DNA of 53,991 bases from Pseudomonadota bacterium (GTDB lineage Bacteria > Pseudomonadota > Alphaproteobacteria > Caulobacterales > Maricaulaceae), in NCBI GenBank assembly GCA_039033275.1, contig JBCCCX010000001.1:1-53991 (forward strand). The letters run 5' to 3'. The position numbers were made by a program, and so were the translations under genes. The notes beneath the pieces were generated by a model. The model was not told the origin of the DNA. It saw only the letters and a program-made list of their open reading frames with translations, and did not search any database. This document shows positions 17,825 to 27,571 of the stretch, in pieces (the first letter of the stretch is position 1; every line of letters starts with the position of its first letter).

Positions 17825-19198
17825 TTACGCCTGGAAGTTGGGTAGCGCAGGACTTTCCGGCGTTGCCGCGATCTGGCTGGCTTGCGGCCAGGCGCAGTAG
17901 TCTGCGGCGTAGTAGGCTCCGGGTCGGAAGTTGCCTGATAGTCCGGGTCCGCCGAACGGCATGGAACTGGCGGCACCCGTGGTAGGCTTGTTCCAGTTGG
18001 CGATGCCAGCGCGCAGGCGGGGGCGAGTGTAATCCCAAAGGTCCGCATCGTCGCTGACGAGCCCGGCCGCCAAACCGAAGCGGGTGGTGTTGGCCGCCGC
18101 GATCTGTGCGTCGATCCCGTCTATGCGATGAACCTGTAGGAAGGGGGCGAAGATCTCCTCGTCCGGGGAGTCCGCGTCCGTCACGTCCATCATTCCAGGT
18201 CTCAGAAACGCCCCGTCGCGTTCCAGGCCGACGATGGACCGTCCGCCCTTTTTCGCCAGATCGGCTTCGAAAGCCACAGCAGCCTTGGCCGCGCCCTCGG
18301 ATACGACCGAGCCGATGAATACGTCCTCGTCCGGCGCACCGATGCTCAGGGCCGCGATGCGGGCGCTCATGCGCTCCAGCACCGCATCGCCGAACGCGCC
18401 TGTGGGCAGGATCAGCCGCCGTGCGCACGAACAGCGCTGGCCCGCGCTGATGAAGGCGGAAACGATGGCGATGTCGGCGGCGGCCTCCATGTCGGCCGCG
18501 TCGTGGACGATCAGCGGATTATTGCCACCCATCTCCAGCGCGAGGATCACGCCCGGCCGTCCGGCGAAGTGGCGGTGGAAGAACGTTCCAGTCGCTGCGC
18601 TGCCCGTGAAGAGCAGACCGTCAATGTCGGCCTCCAGCAGCGCTGCACCGGTCTCGCGCCCTCCTTGCACGACGCTCAGCACACTGTCCGGCAGGCCCGC
18701 CGCATCGGCCAGTTCCGTGAAGATCGCGCCGACGCTCGGCGCCAATTCGCTCGGCTTGAACACCACTGTGTTGCCGGCCAGCAGGGCGGGCACGATGTGG
18801 CCGTTGGGCAGGTGGCCGGGGAAGTTGAACGGGCCGAGCACGGCCATGACGCCGTGCGGGCGGTGATGCAGGCTCATCGCCTCGGACTCGGACGACCCGG
18901 CGCGCTCCGCCTGCGCCCGGATGGAGTGGGCGACCTTGCCCGCCATCGCACCCGCTTCGGTCCGGGCTTCCCACATCGGCTTGCCGATCTCGTCTGAAAT
19001 GGCGCGGGCGATCTCCTCCTTGCGCGCAGTCACGGCCTCCGCCCAGCGCTCCATCATGGCGATGCGCTCTGTCAGGGGTGTCAGGGAGAAGGTGTGGAAG
19101 GCGTCGCGTGCATGCGCGACGGCGGTCCGTACCGTATCCGCCGAGGCGGCTTCGCCCTCCCAGACAGGCGCGCCGGTGATCGGGTTCGTGCTTTTCAT
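17825..19198 (-). CDS. astD: N-succinylglutamate 5-semialdehyde dehydrogenase
   Basis: HRPHGVMAVLGPFNFPGHLPNGH, LEMGGNNP, GQRCSC and YAADYCAWP motifs. Confidence 0.92.
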   Translation of the reverse strand: MKSTNPITGAPVWEGEAASADTVRTAVAHARDAFHTFSLTPLTERIAMMERWAEAVTARKEEIARAISDEIGKPMWEARTEAGAMAGKVAHSIRAQAERAGSSESEAMSLHHRPHGVMAVLGPFNFPGHLPNGHIVPALLAGNTVVFKPSELAPSVGAIFTELADAAGLPDSVLSVVQGGRETGAALLEADIDGLLFTGSAATGTFFHRHFAGRPGVILALEMGGNNPLIVHDAADMEAAADIAIVSAFISAGQRCSCARRLILPTGAFGDAVLERMSARIAALSIGAPDEDVFIGSVVSEGAAKAAVAFEADLAKKGGRSIVGLERDGAFLRPGMMDVTDADSPDEEIFAPFLQVHRIDGIDAQIAAANTTRFGLAAGLVSDDADLWDYTRPRLRAGIANWNKPTTGAASSMPFGGPGLSGNFRPGAYYAADYCAWPQASQIAATPESPALPNFQA

Positions 19199-20448
19199 AT
19201 CGACATGAGCTTCTTGATGGCGGGGCCGTCCATGCGGCCATCCGCCAGGCGGTTGAGGATGAGCGCGGACAGGCCCGCCCGTTCGGACAGGCTATCCACG
19301 ACCATGAATTCGTCCGCTGAATGAATGCGCCCGCCCCGGACACCCAGCGTGTCGATATTGGGCGTCCCGGCGGCGAAGACGTTGTTGCCTTCGCATACAC
19401 CGCCTGTGTCCTTGAAGGATAGCTCCAGCCCGATGCCGAGGGCCGTCTCGCGCACCTCGCCGATAAGGCGGTCCTGGGCCGCATTGCGCGGCTTGGGCGG
19501 GCGGTAGAAGCCGCCATGGACGTGCGCTGTTATGCCGTCGCGTTTCAGCACTTCTGCCAGCGCGGCCTTGATCTGCGCTTCCGCCCATTCGGCGGCCTCC
19601 GGGTCCGGCGCGCGGGAGCCGAGGCGCAGCACCGCATTGTCCGGGACGATATTGACGGCCGCGCCGCCGTCGATCTTGCCGACATTGAAGACCACGCCCT
19701 CGCGCTCGCCCATCATGGCTTCGACCTTGAGCGCCATCTCGCAAGCGGCCCATACGGCCGAGCGGCCCTTCTCCGGCTCGCGACCCGCATGGGCGGAGCG
19801 GCCCCGGAAGACGATGTCCCAGATGCCGGAGCCCTTGCGCGCGCCCGCCAGCGAGCCGTCCTCCATTGCGGGTTCGAACGTCAGCCCGACATGGGCGCGG
19901 GTCGCCGCCTCGCGCAGGAAAGGATCGGAAGCGAAGTTGCCCGTTTCCTCATCCGGCGTCAGGATGACCGTATAGCCCAGGCCGTTCGTCCGTCCATAAG
20001 CCTCGAACGCTTTCAGCGCCTCGATCATGACGGTGATGCCGCCCTTCATGTCCGCCAGGCCCGGGCCGTTCAGCTTGCCGTCGCCCATCTCCGTAACGTC
20101 CGTGAACGTGCCGGGCGGGAAAACCGTGTCGTAGTGTCCGGTCAGCACGACCTGCACGGCCGCCTCGGGGCGCTGGACGGCGCGCAGCACCGGGCCTGTG
20201 TCGAACGCGTCAACCTCGCCCTTGGCGTCGATGGTCTCGATGGGCGGGGTGTCGACGATCTCCACGACGGCGCCCGTTTCGCGCAGCGCGTCGGCGATGC
20301 GGGGGGCGAGGTTGCGCAGCCCGTCCGCGTTCCAGCTGCCCGTATTGGTTTTCGCCCAGCCGACCACCCGGTCGAGCATGGCGTCCTGCCGCGTCGCCAG
20401 ATGGTCCAGCGCGGCCCGGTCGGCGTCGTTCAGGTCGGAGAGGGTCAT
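19195..20448 (-). CDS. M20 family metallo-hydrolase in the ast operon
   Basis: GHYDTV, GPGLADMKGG, DEE, FEP and IHSADE motifs; ATGA-coupled to both astB and astD. Confidence 0.85.
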   Translation of the reverse strand: MTLSDLNDADRAALDHLATRQDAMLDRVVGWAKTNTGSWNADGLRNLAPRIADALRETGAVVEIVDTPPIETIDAKGEVDAFDTGPVLRAVQRPEAAVQVVLTGHYDTVFPPGTFTDVTEMGDGKLNGPGLADMKGGITVMIEALKAFEAYGRTNGLGYTVILTPDEETGNFASDPFLREAATRAHVGLTFEPAMEDGSLAGARKGSGIWDIVFRGRSAHAGREPEKGRSAVWAACEMALKVEAMMGEREGVVFNVGKIDGGAAVNIVPDNAVLRLGSRAPDPEAAEWAEAQIKAALAEVLKRDGITAHVHGGFYRPPKPRNAAQDRLIGEVRETALGIGLELSFKDTGGVCEGNNVFAAGTPNIDTLGVRGGRIHSADEFMVVDSLSERAGLSALILNRLADGRMDGPAIKKLMSI

Positions 20449-21797
20449 GCAGCGGCTTTCTGGAAATCGTAAAGGTCCGGCAGGTCGAGCGCCCGGCTCA
20501 GCGCGTCGAGCGCCGCGCGGCTCTCCGACAGGAAGGCCGGATCGGCAATGTCGTCCAACGTCAACCGGTCGCGATAATGGTTGGAGACCACGTCGCGCAG
20601 GGTCGCGATCTTCTCCCGCGTCATGACGACGCCGGGATGTATGGCCGCCATGGCTGCGTCGCTCAGGACGACGCGCAGGCGCAGGCAGGCGGGCCCGCCG
20701 CCATTGCTCATGGATTGACGCAGATCGAGATAGTGCGCGTCCCGGATCACGCCCTCGTTCAGCAGCCGGTCCACATAGGCCTTGGCACTGGGAGTTTCTT
20801 CCGTCTCGGTCGGCAGGATCATGGCCATGCCGTCGTCTGGAAGGCTCACCAGCTGCGAGTTGAAGACATAGGACGAGATCGCGTCGCCCATCGACATGCC
20901 GGCCCGGGCGAAACGCGGTGCGAAGCCCAATGGTTCGCAAGCCTTGGCGAGCGCGGTCTCCATGCCGGCCGGATCCTGGAAGGCGAGCGCGTGGTAGAGC
21001 ATCACATCCTCGTTCACCACGCAGACGACATCGTTGTGGAACGCACCCGCATCGATGGCAGCCGGGTTTTGGCGCTGGAAACGCGCTCCTCCTCTTTCCG
21101 GAGACAGGCCGTGGCGGCTGGCGAGCGCGTGGACGGACTCCAGCGTCTGGCGTGCCGGGAAGGCCGGATCGTCGGAGGCCGGATTCAGTGCCGCGCGGCC
21201 ATAGACGAAGACTTCCAGGCCGGGCGCGCCGTGGCTCCGGCACAGACGATTGTGGTTGGCCGCGCCCTCGTCGCCCAGCATGGGGTTCATGGGAAGCGCG
21301 TCGTGGACAGCGAAATGGGTTTCGTCGGCGAAGATGCGGCGCAGGATGCGCGTGGTCAGCCCGTGTTCCAGCGCGCGGTGCGGCATGGAGATCAGGTTGG
21401 CAGGCGTGAAATGCACCCGGCCGTCCGCCGTGTCCGGCGCGGGCGATACGGTCGCCGCATTGGCCGTCCACATGGAGGAGGCGGAACTGACATTGGCCAG
21501 CAGCGCCGGATTGGCCTTGTGAGCGGCCTGCACGATCTGCGCGTCCGTGCCGGAGAAGCCCAGTGCGCGCAGCACTTGCGTCCGCGGACCATCATGGGGC
21601 GGGATCACGCCTTGGGGCAGGCCCAGATCGATCAGCCGCTCCATCTTGTTGAGACCTTGCAGAGCGGCGGCCCGCGGATTGGACACGCGGCCCTTGTGGG
21701 CGGCCGATGCGATATTGCCCCGGCTCAGCCCCGCATAGTTGTGGGTCGGCCCGACCAGCCCGTCGAAATTCATCTCGCGCATCGGATCCGCCGCCAT
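20445..21797 (-). CDS. astB: N-succinylarginine dihydrolase
   Basis: NFDGLVGPTHNYAGLS, MWTANAATV, FHNDV and SMSNGGGPACLRLRV motifs. Confidence 0.95.
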   Translation of the reverse strand: MAADPMREMNFDGLVGPTHNYAGLSRGNIASAAHKGRVSNPRAAALQGLNKMERLIDLGLPQGVIPPHDGPRTQVLRALGFSGTDAQIVQAAHKANPALLANVSSASSMWTANAATVSPAPDTADGRVHFTPANLISMPHRALEHGLTTRILRRIFADETHFAVHDALPMNPMLGDEGAANHNRLCRSHGAPGLEVFVYGRAALNPASDDPAFPARQTLESVHALASRHGLSPERGGARFQRQNPAAIDAGAFHNDVVCVVNEDVMLYHALAFQDPAGMETALAKACEPLGFAPRFARAGMSMGDAISSYVFNSQLVSLPDDGMAMILPTETEETPSAKAYVDRLLNEGVIRDAHYLDLRQSMSNGGGPACLRLRVVLSDAAMAAIHPGVVMTREKIATLRDVVSNHYRDRLTLDDIADPAFLSESRAALDALSRALDLPDLYDFQKAAA

Positions 21798-21801
21798 GGC
21801 C

Positions 21802-22773
21802 TCAGCCCCTGTCCTCGGCCAGGGCGAGACGTTCCGCGCCGAAGGCCCGCACGCCTTCGGCCAGCGTGCCGGCCTGGACGTCGCCCATCGTCAGCGTGGC
21901 CAGAAAGTCCGCGCCTTCGCCCTTATAGGCAAGCACGCGCTGCGTGCCGATGCCGTGGAAGGAAACGGTGCGGGCGGTCTGCGCGATCAGCGTCTGATCC
22001 ACCCGGCACTGTATGGCCGGACCGCCGTCGAAGATGTCGCACAGCTCCGTCTCCTCGAAGCCCGCGCCGAACAGAAGGTTCATGGCCCCGCGCGACACGT
22101 CGTGCGGGCGGCCCACGCAGATGCGGGCCGCATCCGGCAAGAGGTTCATCAGGATGGGCAGGGAGGGCAGCAGCTCCATGATGAAGCGCCCGTCGCTCGC
22201 CGACAGCCGGTCGGCCACGTCGAAATCGGTGTCGATGAACTTGCTGGTCAGGTGTGTCCAGAACGGGCTGACGCCCGCTTCGTCCACCCAGCCGCGAATG
22301 TCGGCCATCAGCTTGCCGTCGAACATGTCGCGGTGGCTGTCCACGAAGCAGAGCCGGCCCAGCGATAGGAGGCGCGCCACGCCCTTGCCGCGCCCTTCCG
22401 GGGCGAGATAGATGGAGGCCAGTTCGCTCCAGCCGTCGAAATCGGTGGTGAGTTGCAGGGTCTCGTACTCGGTGCGAAGGTCGAGCTGAGAGGAGCGCCG
22501 GGCATGGCGCGAGCGCTTGAACGAATAGAAGGGCCGCTCCAGGCCCAGCTTCGGGATGATGCCGGAAATTCCCATGACCCGGCCGTCCCGCTCTACGACG
22601 AACAATAGCCGGTTGGCTGTCTCGTCTCCAGCAAGGAAGGCCTGGCAAGCGGCGATATAGTCGTCCACCCGGTCGCGCGTGCGCGGCACGGTCGTCAGCC
22701 CGATCTCGGCGCGGCTCGTGAACTGAGTGATGGCTTCGGCGTCGTCGGGCGTCGCCAGGCGGAAGATGTCCAA
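21802..22773 (-). CDS. astA: Arginine N-succinyltransferase
   Basis: PFYSF, SELASIYL, LLSLGR, RGWVDEAGVSPFW and DIFDGGP motifs. Confidence 0.88.
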   Translation of the reverse strand: MDIFRLATPDDAEAITQFTSRAEIGLTTVPRTRDRVDDYIAACQAFLAGDETANRLLFVVERDGRVMGISGIIPKLGLERPFYSFKRSRHARRSSQLDLRTEYETLQLTTDFDGWSELASIYLAPEGRGKGVARLLSLGRLCFVDSHRDMFDGKLMADIRGWVDEAGVSPFWTHLTSKFIDTDFDVADRLSASDGRFIMELLPSLPILMNLLPDAARICVGRPHDVSRGAMNLLFGAGFEETELCDIFDGGPAIQCRVDQTLIAQTARTVSFHGIGTQRVLAYKGEGADFLATLTMGDVQAGTLAEGVRAFGAERLALAEDRG

Positions 22774-22908
22774 GGCGGTGATCTCGTCGCTTGCGTCTCC
22801 GCGAGCCGGTCCGGTGAGGCACAGCAGTCGGTCGGGACGTGTTCAACCTAGCGGGCGGCGATGACGGTTTCAAGCATGGCGGGAAAAGAGATGGGCTCTG
22901 GCGGTCAG

Positions 22909-22924
22909 CGTGATGGCAATCACA
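22909..22924. promoter_or_regulatory. CRP/FNR-like palindrome between divergent astA and usp
   Basis: CGTGA-TGGCAA-TCACA; one mismatch to TGTGA-N6-TCACA. Confidence 0.5.
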
Positions 22925-23075
22925 GCGCGATGGGCACGGCAGGATATGTGCAGAACGATAAGCACAGCCTATGAAGCTCATTGAGGGTTTGGATTTCCGG
23001 GAAGTGCGACATTTTGGCATGATGGCGGTATCGGTGACACGACAAGCCGGATGTCGTCCCGTCCAGGAGTCCGCC

Positions 23076-24053
23076 ATGCGTCAGTTCAGCAACATCCTCT
23101 ACGTCGTCCCGGACGAGGACCCGCAGGCGGGGCTGGATCGCGCCGTGTCCCTGGCCCAGGCGGATGGCGCCGTGCTGACGCTGGTCTCGGTCGTTGAGAC
23201 GATGGTCAGCGCGGCGTCCGCGGGCCGCTTCCACGACGAATTGGCCGAAGCCTTCGAGGCGTTGCGCCGCAAACGGCTGGAGCGTCTGCGAGAGCTTGCG
23301 GCCGGCGTTAAGGGCTCAGTGGAGACGGTCTGCGAGGTGATGGATGGTTTGGCCTATTTAAAGGTGATAAAACGGGTCCAGCTCTACAAGCACGATCTGG
23401 TCGTCGCCCACACGGCAGGGCACGGAGGGCCGATGGCGCGCCTGTTCGTCAGCGAGGAGATGCAGCTGCTGCGCAAATGCCCGTGCCCGGTCCTGCTGCT
23501 GAAACCGCTTCATCAGAACGGTTTCGATCGCATCGTGGCCACTGTCGATTTCGATCATCAGGACGATCCGGATGGCCGGGCCGTCAAGACGGCTCTGAAT
23601 GCTGATATCGTCGATCTCGCCGCGACCCTGGCCGAACAGGACCGCGCGAAACTGGATGTGCTCAACATCTTCACCGTTCCGGGCGAGGCGTCCATGGTCG
23701 CGGGCTGGATCCCGATGACACCCGAAAATCTGTCCGACTATGCGAAGCGGTGCCGCGGCGAGGCGGAAACGCAGCTCCAGGCCGTGGTGAAGGACAGCCG
23801 CGACCGCACGGGTCTCGACGTGCTGAACGGAGAGGATGTGACAACGCATATCGTCAAGGGCCGTCCCCGGGTGGAAATCCCCCACTTCGTGCGCGAGCAT
23901 GAGGCTGACCTCGTCGTGATGGGGACGGTCGGACGTGTGGGCGTGCCCGGCTTCCTGATCGGCAATACGGCGGAGACGATTCTGACTTCGATCGACTGTT
24001 CGGTGTTGGCCCTCAAGCCTCATGGCTTCGAAAGTCCGGTGACGGTGGATTAA
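23076..24053 (+). CDS. Tandem universal stress protein (UspE-like)
   Basis: LLRKCPCPVLL and DLVVMGTVGR.G..G..IGNTAE..L..IDCSVL motifs; AGGAG SD. Confidence 0.9.
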   Translation: MRQFSNILYVVPDEDPQAGLDRAVSLAQADGAVLTLVSVVETMVSAASAGRFHDELAEAFEALRRKRLERLRELAAGVKGSVETVCEVMDGLAYLKVIKRVQLYKHDLVVAHTAGHGGPMARLFVSEEMQLLRKCPCPVLLLKPLHQNGFDRIVATVDFDHQDDPDGRAVKTALNADIVDLAATLAEQDRAKLDVLNIFTVPGEASMVAGWIPMTPENLSDYAKRCRGEAETQLQAVVKDSRDRTGLDVLNGEDVTTHIVKGRPRVEIPHFVREHEADLVVMGTVGRVGVPGFLIGNTAETILTSIDCSVLALKPHGFESPVTVD

Positions 24054-24156
24054 AGGGCCTTCGGTACTTTTCTTCCGTCGGCTGGCACCTCCGGCGCATC
24101 GCGATTTTTGATGTCCCCAATCAAAAGTTCCGCCAGAGGGCGGATTGCGATGCGCG

Positions 24157-24239
24157 TACCGGTGGTCGGGCTCGAACCGACACGCTCCAGGAGCACGGGA
24201 TTTTGAATCCCGCGTGTCTACCAATTCCACCACACCGGC
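24157..24239 (-). tRNA. tRNA-Leu (CAA)
   Basis: GCCGGTGTGGTGGAATTGGTAGAC..CGGGA-TT-CAA-AA-TCCCG..GGTTCGAGCCC..CACCGGTA; long variable arm; CCA not encoded. Confidence 0.95.
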
Positions 24240-24288
24240 ACGCGGGAACGCGCTTTAAGGCCCGGTGCGGGCGGGTCAACGCCCAAGG

Positions 24289-25140
24289 TCACTCAATGCC
24301 GGATTCGGTCCCAGGCTTTTCAGCATCCATCGCTGTACCAAACCTGCCGATAATCGGCGCAAAACCGTAACGGTCGAAGGTGCCCCGCCGTGCCGTGTCA
24401 TCATCCGGCCCCGTAAGATAGGCTGCGCCGCTCCCCGATAAGACGCGACTTGGCGTGACACCGCGCAGCACGTGCTCGACCCGGCGCGCCACGGCGTCGC
24501 CGCTGTCGATCCAAGTGACCGGGTAGGGCGCGGCCGCGGCCAGCGCATCGGTCAGCAGCGGAAAATGCGTGCAGGCCAGGACCACCGCGTCGATCGGCTC
24601 GCCCGCAAAGAGCGGGGCGATCTCCGATCCGATCACGGCCATGTCCAGGCTCCTTCCACGCAACCGCCGCTCCGCCTGTTCCACTAGGGCAACCGACCCT
24701 TGCAGCCGCACCTCGCACCCGTCTGCATAGTCTTCGATCAGTCCGTCGACATAATCGCGCTGCACGGTCCCCGGCGTGCCCAGGACGCCGATCCGCCGCA
24801 GGGCCGATCTGGCCGCGGCCGGCTTGATCGCGGGCACGACGCCCACGACCGGAACGTCCAGCGCCGCACGGATGGCGGGCAGCGCCGTGGTCGAGGCCGT
24901 GTTGCAGGCGATGACGACGATGTCCGGATCAAGCCTGTTGTAGAGGCTCTCAAGCAATGCGGGAATGCGCGCGCGCAAGACGGCTTCGGGTTTGTCGCCA
25001 TAGGGGCGGAACGCATCATCGGCGAGGTAGCTCTGGACCAGATCGGGCATGCGGGTCCGCATAGCCCCGCTGACAGACAGGCCGCCCACACCCGAATCGA
25101 AGACGAGCGCATGATGATGCCGGCCCGGTTCAATCGGCAC
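24289..25140 (-). CDS. murI: Glutamate racemase
   Basis: FDSGVGGLS, PYG, IACNTAS, VPAIKPA and VLACTHFP motifs. Confidence 0.95.
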   Translation of the reverse strand: MPIEPGRHHHALVFDSGVGGLSVSGAMRTRMPDLVQSYLADDAFRPYGDKPEAVLRARIPALLESLYNRLDPDIVVIACNTASTTALPAIRAALDVPVVGVVPAIKPAAARSALRRIGVLGTPGTVQRDYVDGLIEDYADGCEVRLQGSVALVEQAERRLRGRSLDMAVIGSEIAPLFAGEPIDAVVLACTHFPLLTDALAAAAPYPVTWIDSGDAVARRVEHVLRGVTPSRVLSGSGAAYLTGPDDDTARRGTFDRYGFAPIIGRFGTAMDAEKPGTESGIE

Positions 25141-25256
25141 GGGCGCGCAGTCGTATTGGAAGGGAGTGCCGGGTCATTGGACGGCCTTGCAAGCGAAAGA
25201 GGTTTCTTTTGCGGCAATGGTTCCGTAGCGCAAGGGCATGCGCGAACGGGGCGACA

Positions 25257-26764
25257 TGAGCGACGGGCTGGAGACCCACAGCGCGTGGCTTGGGGTCCCG
25301 TGGACGGTCTGGGCCGCAGCCGCGTTGGCGATGCTGCTCGTCTTCCGGGTGGCGCTGCTTCTGCTCAATCCGCTCGGCCTGCACGGCGACGAGGCGCAAT
25401 ACTGGGCTTGGGCGCAGGACCCGGCCTTCGGATATTACAGCAAGCCGCCGCTGATCGCGTGGATCATCGCGGCCACGACCGCCCTGTTCGGCGACGCGAC
25501 TTGGGCGGTGCGGCTGGCCTCGCCCGTGATGCACACGGCGACGGCCGTGATCGTGTTCGCGACGGCGCGCCGTCTCTACGGCGTGGAGGCCGGATTGTTC
25601 GCCGGGGCGGCTTACGCGCTCATGCCGGGCGTGGCGCTGTCATCGGCCCTGATCAGCACGGATGCAGCGCTGCTCCTGTTCGTGGCGCTGTTCGTTCATG
25701 CCTGGGTGCGGCTGAGGGAACGCGCCTCCTTGGGCTGGGCGCTGACATTGGGCGCCGCGTTGGGGCTCGGCCTTCTGGCGAAATATGCAATGGTCTACGT
25801 CTTGCCGGCCTTTGCGCTGGCGGTGCTGCTCGATGCGCCGACCCGGCGCGCGATCCTGGGCATATTGGGCGCGGCCGCTGCGCTCCTTGCCGGGGCCATC
25901 GTCGCGCCCAATCTGGCATGGAATGCGCGCAACGATTTCGCAACGCTGGTCCATACGGGCGACAATGCGAATCTGCAGGACGGCGCGTCGCTGCGTCCCG
26001 CGGAGCTGGGCGAGTTCTGGCTCGGCCAGTTCGGCGTGTTCGGCCCGCTCGCCTTCGCGATGCTGCTGGTCGCGCTCTGGGCGGCGTTACGCGCCGTGCG
26101 GACGGACCGGTACGGGTTCACGTTCTGGCTGGTCGTACTCGTCGCGACGCCCCTGCTGGTGATCTCCGTCCAAGCCCTGATCAGCCGCGCCAATGCCAAC
26201 TGGGCCGCCGCCGCCTATGCCAGCGCGCCCGTGCTACTGGCGGGCTGGGCCGCCTCAAGGCGTGTGCGCCGCCGCTGGCTGATGGGCGCGCTCGCGCTCA
26301 ACGGGCTGATCTGCACCGTGCCGGGCCTCGTCATGACGTCGCCCGCTCTGACCGACCGGCTCGGCTTCTCCAATGCGGTGAAACGGCTGCGCGGCTGGCC
26401 GGAGACGGTCGCGGCGATCGAGACGGCCTTCGCCGCGGGCGACTACGAGGCGGTGGCCGTGGACAACCGCCTGCTCTTCTACGACCTCACCTATTACGGC
26501 CTGGAGGAGACGGCCCCACTCTTCATGTGGCGGTTCGAGCCACGGCTGAACAGCCATGCGGAGATGACCCGCCCGCTGCCCGAGAATGATCGCCGGGTTC
26601 TGCTCGTCTCCTATTTCGAGACCTACGCGCCCTATTTCGAGCGCGACTTCGAGCGGATCGAGCGGCTCGGCACAATCGAGATCGCGCTGGGCGGCGGACA
26701 GGTGCGGCGGCTATCCACCTACGCCGCGTCCGGCTATCGCGGCCCGGTCTTCAGGGATGATTGA
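25257..26764 (+). CDS. ArnT/PMT-like GT-C glycosyltransferase
   Basis: DEAQYW.W..GYYSKPPL and LLAKY motifs; many TM helices. Confidence 0.85.
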
Positions 26765-26767
26765 GCC

Positions 26768-27499
26768 TTATTTCCCGCCATGCGCCGCGTCGCCCCACAG
26801 GCGCTTCAGGCGCGCATCGCGGCGGCATCCTGCCCGGTAGGCGCGGTAACGGATCGGGTTCTTCTTGTAATAATCCTGATGATAGTCTTCCGCGTCGTAG
26901 AAAGTCACTGCATCCAGCACGGGGGTGACGATGTCTTCGTCGAACGGCTTGGTTTCCAGCAGCCGGTCGAGACTAGCGTCCGCGTCGGCGCGCTGTTCCG
27001 GCGTGGCGAAGACGGCCGTGCGGTAGGAAGAGCCCTTGTCGCAGAACTGCCCGTCCGGATCGGTCGGATCCACGGTCGTCCAATAGAAGTCGACCAATTC
27101 GCGGTAGCTCACCACGCTGGGATCATACAGGACTTCCGCCGCCTCGTAATGGCCGGTCTCCGTATAGCTGACCGTCTTGTAGTCCGGATCGTCCAGCGTC
27201 CCGCCCGTATAGCCGGACGTGACGTCCACCACGCCGTCCAGCGCCTCGAAGTCCTTCTCCACGCACCAGAAGCAGCCGCCTGCAAAGATCGCGGTCGCCA
27301 AGCCCTCGGGCGCGTCGGGCATGTAGGGCGCCAGCGGTCCGGACACGGCGGACGCCACCATGGTCTTGGGTTCGGCGCGGGGTTCGGTCGTCTCACCTTC
27401 GCTCTGCACCCGCGACGGGGCTTCCGCGCAGGCGGATAGGAGTGCCGTAGAGGACAGACAGAGGGCGGCGAAGGCGGCGAGGAGGGCGGAATGTTTCAT
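26768..27499 (-). CDS. msrA: Peptide methionine sulfoxide reductase A with lipoprotein signal
   Basis: GGCFWC, SGYTGG, GHYE and AEDYHQDYY motifs; N-terminal LLSAC lipobox. Confidence 0.92.
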   Translation of the reverse strand: MKHSALLAAFAALCLSSTALLSACAEAPSRVQSEGETTEPRAEPKTMVASAVSGPLAPYMPDAPEGLATAIFAGGCFWCVEKDFEALDGVVDVTSGYTGGTLDDPDYKTVSYTETGHYEAAEVLYDPSVVSYRELVDFYWTTVDPTDPDGQFCDKGSSYRTAVFATPEQRADADASLDRLLETKPFDEDIVTPVLDAVTFYDAEDYHQDYYKKNPIRYRAYRAGCRRDARLKRLWGDAAHGGK

Positions 27500-27571
27500 G
27501 CAGGTACTATGGAAAGGGCGGGGGGCTTGTTCCAATGAAGTTGCGGTGAGGTTCAGGTGATGGGCGCAGGC

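Noticed and set aside
20577-22181. Long antisense or alternate-frame ORFs (this one, and 24700-26589, 31785-33164, 33465-35201, 40423-41676, plus the 758-aa extension of 19195-21471)
   Set aside because: Shadow ORFs typical of high-GC coding DNA; they overlap genes with clear family motifs.
24054-24239. Genomic island integrated at tRNA-Leu
   Set aside because: No integrase and no duplicated tRNA 3' end noticed in the window.
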